Of a DNA stretch of 64,000 nt, positions 35,930 through 45,186 are shown piece after piece (the stretch's first letter is position 1; the number at the start of each line of letters is the position of its first letter). The stretch is from the NCBI GenBank assembly GCA_013112575.1, contig JABFGG010000005.1:149497-213496 (forward strand). The letters are read 5' to 3'. The notes under the pieces are model-generated. The model was not told the origin of the DNA. It saw nothing but the letters and a program-made list of their open reading frames with translations, and searched no databases. The DNA comes from Chloroflexota bacterium. Its GTDB lineage: Bacteria > Chloroflexota > Anaerolineae > Anaerolineales > UBA11579. The translations under genes were made by a program, and so were the position numbers.

Positions 35930-36681
35930 AACGCAAGTCCCGCCTGATCCTTATTTTGCTATTAGCCGGTTTGCTCCTGGCAGGTTGTGTTGGCAGTCCT
36001 GAGTTCGCTGCCCCCGGTGTAACCCTCACTGTCGATGGGGCTGACGAGCCTGAGCAGGTTAGCACCGGCGTACAACTCCTGGTGTTACTGACCGTGCTTT
36101 CCATGGCTCCAGCTATCCTGATCATGACCACAGGGTTTACCCGCATTGTCATCGTATTATCCTTACTGCGTAATGCCATCGGCACGCCCTCTGTGCCTCC
36201 CAATCAGGTCGTTATCGGGCTTTCCCTGCTGCTCACTTTCTTTATCATGGCTCCAGTCTACGATGAAGTAGACGAGCAAGCCATCCAACCTTACCTGGAT
36301 CAGCAAATCGATCAGGAACAGGCTTTTGAGTTAGCCAGCGCGCCCATCCGGGACTTCATGTTCGAGCAGACTAACCAGAAAGATCTGGAGCTATTCCTGA
36401 GTTTGAACAACCAGGAACGCCCGGAGACCCTGGATGATATACCTTCAGCCGTGTTGTTACCGGCCTTTGTGATCAGCGAACTGCGCACGGCCTTCACCAT
36501 GGGTTTTATGGTCTATGTGCCCTTCCTGATCATCGACATGGTTGTCTCCAGTGTGTTGCTGGCCATGGGCATGATGATGTTGCCCCCTTCGTTAATTTCC
36601 CTGCCCTTTAAATTATTGCTATTTGTGATGGTGGATGGTTGGTATCTGATCGCCCGTTCATTGTCTTTGAGTTTTTTCTAA
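35926..36681 (+). CDS. fliP: flagellar type III export apparatus protein FliP
   Basis: MTTGFTRIVIVLSLLRNAIG and FKLLLFVMVDGW motifs. Confidence 0.95.
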   Translation: MKRKSRLILILLLAGLLLAGCVGSPEFAAPGVTLTVDGADEPEQVSTGVQLLVLLTVLSMAPAILIMTTGFTRIVIVLSLLRNAIGTPSVPPNQVVIGLSLLLTFFIMAPVYDEVDEQAIQPYLDQQIDQEQAFELASAPIRDFMFEQTNQKDLELFLSLNNQERPETLDDIPSAVLLPAFVISELRTAFTMGFMVYVPFLIIDMVVSSVLLAMGMMMLPPSLISLPFKLLLFVMVDGWYLIARSLSLSFF

Positions 36682-36690
36682 CAAGGTGCT

Positions 36691-36963
36691 GTGATGACAG
36701 AGAGTTACGTATTAGGTTTAGCCCAAGAAGTGCTCATGGTCACACTGACCCTGGCCGCCCCCATTCTGCTAGTCAGTTTGTTGATCGGTAGCCTGGTGAG
36801 CCTTTTTCAGGCTGCCACCCAGATCAATGAAACAACACTTACATTCGTACCCAAGATCATTGGTATTGCCCTCGTCCTGATCGTCCTCGGTTCGTGGATG
36901 GCCCAACAATTGATCAGCTTCACCGTCAATATATTCGACGGTCTGCCAGGATTGGTGCAATAG
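36691..36963 (+). CDS. fliQ: flagellar export apparatus protein FliQ
   Basis: 90 aa. LVSLFQAATQINETTLTFVPKI. Confidence 0.9.
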   Translation: MMTESYVLGLAQEVLMVTLTLAAPILLVSLLIGSLVSLFQAATQINETTLTFVPKIIGIALVLIVLGSWMAQQLISFTVNIFDGLPGLVQ

Positions 36964-36979
36964 GAAGGATTTCACGGTT

Positions 36980-37876
36980 ATGCAACAAACACAAACAGGC
37001 TCCGCCCCATATTCGCAATTGCAACGCATTCTCAATAGCGTAACCGCGCTGCGCCCTTTGCCCACCAGCGCCATGCGGCTATTAAAGCTGTTGGATAACC
37101 CAAGTGTTTCCGCAGATGAAATCAGCCATGCTGTTTCGCAGGATATAGCCTTGACGGCCCACGTCTTGCGCGTGGCCAACTCGGCCCTCTTAGGCTACGC
37201 CGTTTCCAGCAATTCCGTGCAGGATGCCACCATGCGCCTGGGTTTTAAGCGGCTGCGCACGATCGTGCTGGGCAGTGTTGCCGCTGGGCCATTGACACGT
37301 CGTTTACACGGGTACCGCCTGGGTGACAATGATCTCTGGGAGCATTCTATAGCCACCGCCAGTGGGGCCAACTGGCTGGCAAGACGTTTAAACTATCCCG
37401 AATCCGAGGAAGCCTACGTAGGCGGTCTACTGCATGATATTGGCAAAGTCTTGTTGGACCAATACATGCAAAACGATTACAACCGCATCGTGGAAGTCAT
37501 GCACAAAAGGCAGATCGCTTTATGGCAGGCTGAAGAAGAAGTCTTCGGCATCGAGCATGCTGCCGTCGGCGGCATGATGGCCGAAAAGTGGCAGTTCCCG
37601 GCCAGCCTGAAGAACACCATCCGATCCCATCACGTACCGGCTCTGGCAGAATCCCACCAAAAACTGGCCGCCATCGTCAACATCGCCAATGCTTTTGCGC
37701 CCGGCGATACCTATTCATTTACAGGGTTGGATGGGCGTCATGTGCATCCATCCTCCATGCGTGTACTCGACCTCAATCCACAGGACATTGAACGGCTGGA
37801 GAATGAGATGAACAAAGCCCTGGGCCTCAACGAGGAATTTGTGCCCAACACGCGTCACGTCACAGGCAGTCTCTAA
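36980..37876 (+). CDS. HDOD domain signalling protein
   Basis: LPTSAMRLLKLLDNPSVSADEISHAVSQDIALTAHVLRVANSALLG...GGLLHDIGKVLL...FGIEHAAVGGMMAEKWQFP is a canonical HDOD pattern. Confidence 0.85.
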   Translation: MQQTQTGSAPYSQLQRILNSVTALRPLPTSAMRLLKLLDNPSVSADEISHAVSQDIALTAHVLRVANSALLGYAVSSNSVQDATMRLGFKRLRTIVLGSVAAGPLTRRLHGYRLGDNDLWEHSIATASGANWLARRLNYPESEEAYVGGLLHDIGKVLLDQYMQNDYNRIVEVMHKRQIALWQAEEEVFGIEHAAVGGMMAEKWQFPASLKNTIRSHHVPALAESHQKLAAIVNIANAFAPGDTYSFTGLDGRHVHPSSMRVLDLNPQDIERLENEMNKALGLNEEFVPNTRHVTGSL

Positions 37877-37877
37877 C

Positions 37878-38264
37878 ATGTTCACTTCAAGCAACAGAAA
37901 ATCAGCATTGCTGGTCACCAAGAATCCCGCCGAACGCGATCTATTGAAGTTGGCGCTGCACCGCATTGGCTACCATGTCCAAACCGCGGACCATGCTTAT
38001 CAAGTCATGGAAAAAGTGGAACACTCAAAACCCGACCTGCTCGTTTTGGATCTATTCCTGTCACAGACCAATGGGCTTGAAATGCTCAAGCAAATCGAGG
38101 ATAGCGTATCCCTCAAATCGATGTATGTCATCGCCATGACCGCTATGGCCTTCCCAGAAGTCGTGGAGCAAGCAAAAGTTGCTGGTGCTAATGACATTTT
38201 GCTCAAGCCCTTCAGCACCGATCTGCTCGTGCAGAAAGCACGCCGCTTGCAGACTGTCGTGTAA
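37878..38264 (+). CDS. stand-alone receiver domain lacking the acidic Mg-binding pair (pseudo-receiver?)
   Basis: ALLVTKNP replaces the usual DD pair. The phospho-acceptor position is retained (LLVLDLFL), as are T (AMTA) and K (LLKPF). ATG 37878 lies 1 nt after the HDOD stop. Confidence 0.75.
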   Translation: MFTSSNRKSALLVTKNPAERDLLKLALHRIGYHVQTADHAYQVMEKVEHSKPDLLVLDLFLSQTNGLEMLKQIEDSVSLKSMYVIAMTAMAFPEVVEQAKVAGANDILLKPFSTDLLVQKARRLQTVV

Positions 38265-38515
38265 AACTTTGTTTAAGCTTGAAGTCGTGTTCACACAGAA
38301 ATCCTTGCTACCCAGGCTCTACTTCTTGCACCTCTTGCCCAACTTTGACAAAGTTTAAAGCGTTCCGTTTTTTATCTCTATAATTTATCGAATCCACATA
38401 GCGTTCCGCTAAGTGTCGGCCATCTGGGGGAATTCTTTAGCACAAAAACTCGTATTTACGGACAATTTATCACAGCTTCACCACAGCTTTATTCCTCAAT
38501 CCACAAGCTGCAATT

Positions 38516-39298
38516 ATGCTACTTGCAGGTTCAAAAATGTTAGTTTCTATTGCCCAAGCGCAACTCTTTTTCCTGGCTCTCACCCGTACACTGGCTATCC
38601 TGATTCAGGTGCCCGTGCTGGGTGGGCGTCTGGTTCCCAATATCGTCAAGGTAGGTTTGGGTATCTCACTGGCGGCCATCATGTTGACCTGGCAACCCCT
38701 GCCCCCGGGTGTTGAAGGTATGCCTTTCATGGCTTTCACCTGGGCCATCGGTCGTGAGCTCCTGATCGGTACACTGGCAGGTTTCGCCGCCGTGCTGACC
38801 TTCGGGGCCATCTCCGTTGCAGGTCACGTTATGGAACTGGGCAGTGGCTTTTCTGCCGGGCAGATCCTCAATCCCGCTTCCGGAGAGAGTGGCTCGGCCT
38901 TGAGCAATTTCGTGGTCATCACCGCTACTCTCCTTTTCCTGGCGATCAACGGCCATCACTTGTTCCTGTTCGGATTACAACGCACCTTTACCATCTTGCC
39001 ATTGAATCAACCCCTGCCCGAACTATCTTTAGAAACCCTGCTTAACATGACGGCGCATTTGATCACAGCAGGCGTTCAGATAGCTTTGCCAGTGGCCGGG
39101 GCTGTGCTCCTCACTGACCTGACCCTGGGCTTGATCGCCAAGGCTGCCCCCCGTGTACAGATCTTCTTTCTGGGCTTTCCTTTAAAAGTAGGCATTGGCC
39201 TGCTTGTGCTCAGTCTGGCACTGGTCATCATTTTCCCTCAATTCACTGTCATTTTCGAAAAGCTGGGAGAGCGCACCTTGGCGCTGATCGGCGGATAA
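38516..39298 (+). CDS. fliR: flagellar export apparatus protein FliR
   Basis: 260-aa polytopic protein, FliR-like (FFLALTRTLAILIQVPVLGG...). The start could also be ATG 38537. Confidence 0.9.
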   Translation: MLLAGSKMLVSIAQAQLFFLALTRTLAILIQVPVLGGRLVPNIVKVGLGISLAAIMLTWQPLPPGVEGMPFMAFTWAIGRELLIGTLAGFAAVLTFGAISVAGHVMELGSGFSAGQILNPASGESGSALSNFVVITATLLFLAINGHHLFLFGLQRTFTILPLNQPLPELSLETLLNMTAHLITAGVQIALPVAGAVLLTDLTLGLIAKAAPRVQIFFLGFPLKVGIGLLVLSLALVIIFPQFTVIFEKLGERTLALIGG

Positions 39299-39299
39299 C

Positions 39300-40361
39300 A
39301 TGGCAGAACGCACCGAAGCCCCAACCCCACAACGTATTCAGGAAGCTCGCCGAGAAGGCCGAGTTGCGAAAAGCACGGAATTGAATGCGGCCATTGCCTT
39401 GTTAGTGGCAGCCTTTCTTTTGCGCGCGCCTGGTTCGGGCCTCTTGGATGCTCTCAAAGATGTCATGACCACGGCCATCATCGACCTCCCCAATGTGACC
39501 GGCGGCCAGGTCGCCCCATCTGAAATGCTTTTCAACACAGGTATGCAGTTGGGCCCCAGTATCGCCATCCTCATCCTGGGCTTACTGGCAACCGGCGTCG
39601 CAGTTTCCCTCGGTCAAACAGGTTTCCTGTGGGCCAGCAAACAGATCAAAGTGGATTTCGATCGCATCAATGCCCTCAAAGGCTTCCAACGATTGTTGTC
39701 CCTGAACGGGCTGGTGGAGCTGGTCAAGGCTGTATTCAAACTGGCCGTGATCCTGTGGGTCGCCTATAACTATTTGGAACCACGCGTTCACGAGTTGATC
39801 GTCTTGGGCCAGATGGACTTCGGTGCTGCTCTTGGACATTGGGCTGAACTGGCCTACTCTCTGATATTGCGCGTGGGCGGTGCTTATTTGGTGCTCGCCG
39901 CGGCAGACTATGGCTATCAACGCTGGCAATGGATGCGTTCTATGCGTATGACTAAGCAGGAGATCCGCGAAGAAGCCAAACAACGCGAGGGCGATCCTAT
40001 GTTACGCCAGCGCATTCGCGGGCAACAACGTCAATTTGCCATGCAACGCATGATGGCCGAACTCCCTAAAGCCGACGTGGTCATCACCAACCCCACCCAT
40101 CTGGCCGTAGCCATTCGCTACACATCAGAGGACATGGGCGCACCCAAAGTGATCGCCAAAGGCGCACGCAATATCGCCAAACGCATCAAGGAAGAAGCGC
40201 GCAAACTTGATATCCCGGTAGTCGAGAACAAACCCGTCGCCCAGGCCTTATACAAGGCCGTCGAAGTCAATCAGGAGATCCCTCCGGACATGTACATCGC
40301 CCTCGCCGAGATCCTGGCCTACGTATACAACCTGCGCAAGGTGCGCAGCGTAAGGGCATAG
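39300..40361 (+). CDS. flhB: flagellar export switch protein FlhB
   Basis: MAERTEAPTPQRIQEARREGRVAKS N-terminus. NPTH autocleavage site in VVITNPTHLAVAIRY. Confidence 0.95.
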   Translation: MAERTEAPTPQRIQEARREGRVAKSTELNAAIALLVAAFLLRAPGSGLLDALKDVMTTAIIDLPNVTGGQVAPSEMLFNTGMQLGPSIAILILGLLATGVAVSLGQTGFLWASKQIKVDFDRINALKGFQRLLSLNGLVELVKAVFKLAVILWVAYNYLEPRVHELIVLGQMDFGAALGHWAELAYSLILRVGGAYLVLAAADYGYQRWQWMRSMRMTKQEIREEAKQREGDPMLRQRIRGQQRQFAMQRMMAELPKADVVITNPTHLAVAIRYTSEDMGAPKVIAKGARNIAKRIKEEARKLDIPVVENKPVAQALYKAVEVNQEIPPDMYIALAEILAYVYNLRKVRSVRA

Positions 40362-40376
40362 AGGAAAATAGAAAGC

Positions 40377-42464
40377 ATGACAACTGCCACGCAAGAAACC
40401 TCGGCCATCGGCCTGCGCAAATTGTTCAGCTCACAAGACGCTGTCATGGCGCTTGCCGTGGTCGTCATCCTGGGCATGATGCTGGTGCCTTTGCCGCCCT
40501 TCGGCATCGATCTGCTGGTCGCATTTAATCTGGCCATCGCCCTGGCTGTCATGCTCATCACCATGTATGTACGCCGGGCCATGGATTTCGCCGCCTTCCC
40601 TACCGTATTGCTGCTCATCACGCTTTTCCGCCTTGGCATCAACGTCGCTTCTAGCCGCCTGATCCTCTTGAACGGTAATGCCGGTAAGGTCATCGACACC
40701 TTTGGTAATTTAATCGTCGGCGGCAATTACATCGTTGGTGTGGTCGTCTTCCTCATTTTGATGGTCATCCAATGGGTGGTGATCAACTCCGGTGCAGGCC
40801 GTGTGGCCGAAGTCGGCGCTCGCTTTACTTTGGACGCCATGCCCGGCAAGCAGTTAGCTATCGATGCCGACCTCAATGCCGGCATCATCGACGAGCAGGA
40901 AGCCAAATTACGTCGCCGGGAAATCCAGATCGAAGCAGATTTTTACGGGGCCATGGATGGCGCCAGCAAATTCGTCAAAGGTGATGCCATCGCTGCCCTC
41001 ATCATTATCCTGGTGAACGTTATCGGTGGCTTTGGCATCGGTGTCATCCAGCGTAACCTCGATTTCCTGGGCGCACTGCAAAGCTACACATTGCTGACCG
41101 TTGGCGCAGGACTGGCCATTCAAATTCCTGCACTACTCGTGTCCGCCTCTGCGGGTCTGATCGTAACCCGTTCATCTTCGGATGCCTCATTGGGCAACGA
41201 CCTCTCCAAACAATTAGCCAATGTCAATGTATTGGTGGGAGGCGCCATCATCATCAGCCTGGTAGCTCTCATCCCTGGCATTCCCAAGTTGCCCTTCCTG
41301 CTGGTTGGTGGGCTATTTGGTGGCGCGGGCTATTTTGTCTGGCAAGGTGAGCAACAACCCGTTGAAACGGTCACAGAAGATTTCCTCCCCATCAGCAAAG
41401 AACCGGAAACACCGGAAGACATGCTACCCATGGTTGTCGTTGACCCGTTGGAATTGGAAGTAGGCTATGGTTTGATTCCGTTGATCGAGGACGGCACGGA
41501 AGAGAACCTCTTACAGCGCATCTCCGGCATCCGGCGACAGATCATGCGGGAGATGGGCTTGATCCTGCCCATCGTGCGCGTACGCGACAACCTGCAATTG
41601 CAGCCCCAAACCTATCGCATCAAAGTGCGCGGCGAAGAAGTCGCTCGCAGCACCATTAAGCTCGGCCATTACCTGGCCATCCCCGGTTCGGGCATTGAAG
41701 AGACCCTGCAAGGCGAGAAAACCACCGAACCCGCCTTTGGTTTGCCTGCAATCTGGATCCGCGATGCTGACAAAGGCCGCGCCGAAATGATGGGCTATAC
41801 CGTGGTCAGCCCCATTGCCGCTATCAGCACGCACCTCTCCGAAGTCGTGCGCGGCTACGGTGGCGACATATTATCCCGCCAAATGCTGTCAGAAATGATC
41901 GAGCAGCTCAAGCTCAGTACCCCCGCGGCCATTGATGGCCTGATACCCGATGTACTCACCCTCGGCGAAGTCCAGGCCGTCCTGCGCAACCTCCTGCGCG
42001 AACGGGTGCCCATCCGCGATCTGGGCGGCATCCTGGAGATCTTGGCCAATACCGCCAGCGTGACCCGTGACCCCAACATATTGGCCGAGGCCGTGCGTCA
42101 GAATATGGCCCGCACCTTATCCAACCAGTACAGCGACCCGGATGGAGACCTGCACGTTTTTACACTGGCTCCCCAATTGGAGGATGTCCTCAAAAGCGCC
42201 CTGGCATCCAATGAGAATGGTGAGATCGCTTTCTCGGTAGATGCACAGACCGCCCAGGGTATTCTTACCCGCCTTGGCCTGCAAATGGAAGAAATGGCCA
42301 AACAGGGTTTCCCGCCTGTGATCCTGGTGCCCCGTGAACTGCGTCTGGCCCTGCGTCGTCTGGTCGAAAAATCATTGCCCAGCCTGGTTGTGTTGGCCTT
42401 TTCGGAGATCAGCAGCCAGACCAAGGTGATCGCACATGGGGCTGTCGAGCCGCTTGGAGTGTAA
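40377..42464 (+). CDS. flhA: flagellar export gate protein FlhA
   Basis: 695 aa. FHIPEP-family motifs (RFTLDAMPGKQLAIDADLNAG, GAMDGASKFVKGDAIA). Confidence 0.95.
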   Translation: MTTATQETSAIGLRKLFSSQDAVMALAVVVILGMMLVPLPPFGIDLLVAFNLAIALAVMLITMYVRRAMDFAAFPTVLLLITLFRLGINVASSRLILLNGNAGKVIDTFGNLIVGGNYIVGVVVFLILMVIQWVVINSGAGRVAEVGARFTLDAMPGKQLAIDADLNAGIIDEQEAKLRRREIQIEADFYGAMDGASKFVKGDAIAALIIILVNVIGGFGIGVIQRNLDFLGALQSYTLLTVGAGLAIQIPALLVSASAGLIVTRSSSDASLGNDLSKQLANVNVLVGGAIIISLVALIPGIPKLPFLLVGGLFGGAGYFVWQGEQQPVETVTEDFLPISKEPETPEDMLPMVVVDPLELEVGYGLIPLIEDGTEENLLQRISGIRRQIMREMGLILPIVRVRDNLQLQPQTYRIKVRGEEVARSTIKLGHYLAIPGSGIEETLQGEKTTEPAFGLPAIWIRDADKGRAEMMGYTVVSPIAAISTHLSEVVRGYGGDILSRQMLSEMIEQLKLSTPAAIDGLIPDVLTLGEVQAVLRNLLRERVPIRDLGGILEILANTASVTRDPNILAEAVRQNMARTLSNQYSDPDGDLHVFTLAPQLEDVLKSALASNENGEIAFSVDAQTAQGILTRLGLQMEEMAKQGFPPVILVPRELRLALRRLVEKSLPSLVVLAFSEISSQTKVIAHGAVEPLGV

Positions 42465-42471
42465 GAGAGCT

Positions 42472-43656
42472 ATGTTAGTCGATACCCAAACCCAATTCCC
42501 CACCCATTCCTTCCAGGCCGAAAATATGTTGGCCGCCCTGGAAAAAGTGCGCATGGAGCTTGGCCCTGAGGCCATCATCGTATCCACTCGCAAAGTTGCC
42601 AGCGGCCCGGCCTGGCAAGTATGGAAAAAACCGGTCGTAGAAGTGGTTGCCATGGGTACTGGGACCCCAGCCCCATCCCAGCAAAGCGTGCCGGTGGAAA
42701 CCTCTCCTGCGATTGTTCCATCACCGCCTGAACCATTGGTGGAAACTCAACCTATCCCGGTAGAAGAGATTGACACCACTGTAGAGCAGGCCATTGATAT
42801 CGCCGAAAAGGCTGTCTCTAAAGAACTGGAGACAACAAGGTCCAAGAATCCTTACCGCATGCTGGGAGACAGCAACAGCCCGCTATCCAGCGTCAAACAA
42901 CGCCTTCTGGAACAGGGCGTGGATGGAGACCTGGTCGAAAGCCTTGCGCGTGTTTGCTTACGCAACTTCAGCCAGCAAGCCCTAACCGACCCACTGCGTG
43001 TCAACGAATACATCCAGCAACAATTGGCCGTCAAGATCCGCAGCCTGTCCCCCCAGGCAGTGGCTGCCAGTCAGGTTGTTAGCCTGGTAGGCCCCAGTGG
43101 GGCGGGCAAGACCAACACCACCGCCAAACTTTTGGCCTATTACCAACAGGAAAGCAAAAAAGAATTGCACTGGCTCAGCGCCGATACTATCCGTGCCGGG
43201 GCCATAGCCCAGGCTCGCGTCTATAGCGAGACTCTCGAGATCCCCTTGCAGTTGGCCTATGGCCCCAGTGAAGCCGCAGACATCTGCAAAGAAGCCAAAG
43301 GCGGTCTCACGCTGGTCGATACACCTGGCTTCACCCCCACTCGCGAGAGCAGTGTCATCCGTATCGGCGACATGCTCAGTGCGCTGCCCCAACAGATCAC
43401 ATTGCTCGTCGTATCTGCCACAGAAAAAGAACAAGACGTTATGGCTGCCATTTCGGTGCTGCGTCCTTTCAATCTGAAGGCCATGATCGTCACCAAGATG
43501 GACGCCACCGACCATTTTGGCAGCATTTTTAATGCTGCCTGGCGCAGTCACCTGCCCCTCGCATTTCTAACCTCGGGGCCAGACGTGATCGACGACCTGC
43601 GTCCCGCAGACCCGCGCGAGTTCGTGGGCACATTATTCGGAATTAGGGCCAGCTGA
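42472..43656 (+). CDS. flhF: flagellar SRP-type GTPase FlhF
   Basis: G1 GPSGAGKTNT, G3 DTPG, G4 TKMD. The ORF extends to 42436; the start is uncertain. Confidence 0.85.
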   Translation: MLVDTQTQFPTHSFQAENMLAALEKVRMELGPEAIIVSTRKVASGPAWQVWKKPVVEVVAMGTGTPAPSQQSVPVETSPAIVPSPPEPLVETQPIPVEEIDTTVEQAIDIAEKAVSKELETTRSKNPYRMLGDSNSPLSSVKQRLLEQGVDGDLVESLARVCLRNFSQQALTDPLRVNEYIQQQLAVKIRSLSPQAVAASQVVSLVGPSGAGKTNTTAKLLAYYQQESKKELHWLSADTIRAGAIAQARVYSETLEIPLQLAYGPSEAADICKEAKGGLTLVDTPGFTPTRESSVIRIGDMLSALPQQITLLVVSATEKEQDVMAAISVLRPFNLKAMIVTKMDATDHFGSIFNAAWRSHLPLAFLTSGPDVIDDLRPADPREFVGTLFGIRAS

Positions 43657-43991
43657 TGAGTGAAGAACTACACAACGAAGAGCTTCAAGCTGAAGAGGAA
43701 CAACCCCAACATCTGCGGGAATCACTTCCGCTACTGCTCGAAAGCACTTACACCATCGCCAAACTGATTGTGATCGTGGCCGGGGCTTTGACGGCAGGTT
43801 TGTCCATCTTTGCAGGAGCCGATCTTTTACACACCGTGCTACGCACTGGTACAACCCTCCTAGGGATAGGTGTCATGATGTGGCTGATCTTCTGGTTCGT
43901 GACCAAAGCCTCGTGGCAGGCTGTCAAAGCCGAACTGAAGGCAGCCGCGGACAAGCTGGAAAACGAAACTACAGAGAGTTCTGAGGCCTGA
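43656..43991 (+). CDS. hypothetical two-TM protein in the position normally held by flhG
   Basis: 111 aa. Acidic N- and C-termini with two hydrophobic helices. TGATG overlap with flhF. Confidence 0.5.
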   Translation: MSEELHNEELQAEEEQPQHLRESLPLLLESTYTIAKLIVIVAGALTAGLSIFAGADLLHTVLRTGTTLLGIGVMMWLIFWFVTKASWQAVKAELKAAADKLENETTESSEA

Positions 43992-43996
43992 TCTGC

Positions 43997-44803
43997 ATGG
44001 AAAACGCGACGAAGCAAGCCGAACAAGAACTGATCAACCAATACGTCCGGACGCGCGATATTGCCATGCGCGATCAGATCATCGAGCAGTTCATCCCCCT
44101 CGTGCACTTCACTTTGGGGCGGTTGGGTATCTCTCGCAGCCTGGGTGAGGATTATGAAGATTTTGCCAGCGAGGGCGTCTTGGGTCTGCTAGAAGCTACC
44201 GAACGTTATGAAACAAGTTTCGGAACGCAGTTCAGCACCTATGCCACCATCAAGATCCGCGGCAAGCTGCTGGATTACATGCGAGCCAGGGATTGGTTAT
44301 CACGCTCTGCACGCCAGCGCGTGCGCACCATCCAAAAAATGACCAATGAATTCTGGCGCACACACCAGCGCGCCCCAAGTACCGAAGAGATCGTGCAGCA
44401 CACCGAGCTAAACCTCGAACAAGTGGAACAAGCCATGTTCGACTCAACCCGCATGATCGTTTCTTTGGATGCGGCCAGCGCGGGGAGCGAGGACGAATCC
44501 CTATCATTGCACGATGTCATTGCAGACGAAGATCAATCTATTCCTGATGAACACATGGACGGGCAGGCTTCCAGGCAGATGCTTGTGGAGGCCCTGGATG
44601 ATCTACCCGAACGCGATCAAATGATCTTGTCCATGTATTACTTTGACGAGTTGACCCTCAAAGAGATCGGGGCAGTCCTCGATATCTCTGAATCAAGGGT
44701 CTCGCAGGTCCACGCCAGCATCATGATGAACCTCAAAGCTCAAATGCTGGCTGCAACCGAGTTAGAGCCTCTGGCCCAAGCCAACAGTGGAGATGGCAGA
44801 TGA
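43997..44803 (+). CDS. fliA: flagellar sigma factor FliA (sigma-28/SigD/WhiG family)
   Basis: Regions 2-4 are recognisable (FSTYATIKIRGKLLDYMRARDW; LKEIGAVLDISESRVSQVHA). Confidence 0.9.
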   Translation: MENATKQAEQELINQYVRTRDIAMRDQIIEQFIPLVHFTLGRLGISRSLGEDYEDFASEGVLGLLEATERYETSFGTQFSTYATIKIRGKLLDYMRARDWLSRSARQRVRTIQKMTNEFWRTHQRAPSTEEIVQHTELNLEQVEQAMFDSTRMIVSLDAASAGSEDESLSLHDVIADEDQSIPDEHMDGQASRQMLVEALDDLPERDQMILSMYYFDELTLKEIGAVLDISESRVSQVHASIMMNLKAQMLAATELEPLAQANSGDGR

Positions 44804-45186
44804 CCAAGATCACCCCGCATTTACTCAATGATACTTTGAACATCGTGGCCTTGGCGCGCGAAGCCGCCCGGGTCCGCGGCAATCAGGTTCAGGCCGAACG
44901 ATTCGCGCCTGTCGAGGAGGGCCTGCGGCATATTGTCGCTGGCAGCCGCCAAACGGATGCCAATGCGCCGGTTACAGGCGTTCTGGCCCAGAACGATTTC
45001 CAAACCTTGATGAGCCTCACGGTTTCAGAAGATAGTGGTGGTGAGAGTAGCCAGTCGGCGGCAGAACGCAACCAGGTCATTCAGGCTATGGCCGCTGGCG
45101 GCATGAACGATATGCAGATTGCCAAGCAAATGGGCATGACGCGTGACGAAATTCGCATCGTATTGCGAGTAGGGAGCCAATCATGA
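44800..45186 (+). CDS. hypothetical protein with C-terminal GerE/LuxR- or sigma-region-4-like HTH
   Basis: ATGA overlaps at both ends (with fliA and flgF). C-terminus ERNQVIQAMAAGGMNDMQIAKQMGMTRDEIRIVLR. Confidence 0.55.
   Translation: MTKITPHLLNDTLNIVALAREAARVRGNQVQAERFAPVEEGLRHIVAGSRQTDANAPVTGVLAQNDFQTLMSLTVSEDSGGESSQSAAERNQVIQAMAAGGMNDMQIAKQMGMTRDEIRIVLRVGSQS

Noticed and set aside
38349-38375. Sigma-28-like -35 element CAAAGTTT upstream of fliR.
   Set aside because: - The position where GCCGATAA should lie (after N11) reads TTTTTTAT, a 2/8 match.
- Alternative TAAA-N15 registers also fail.
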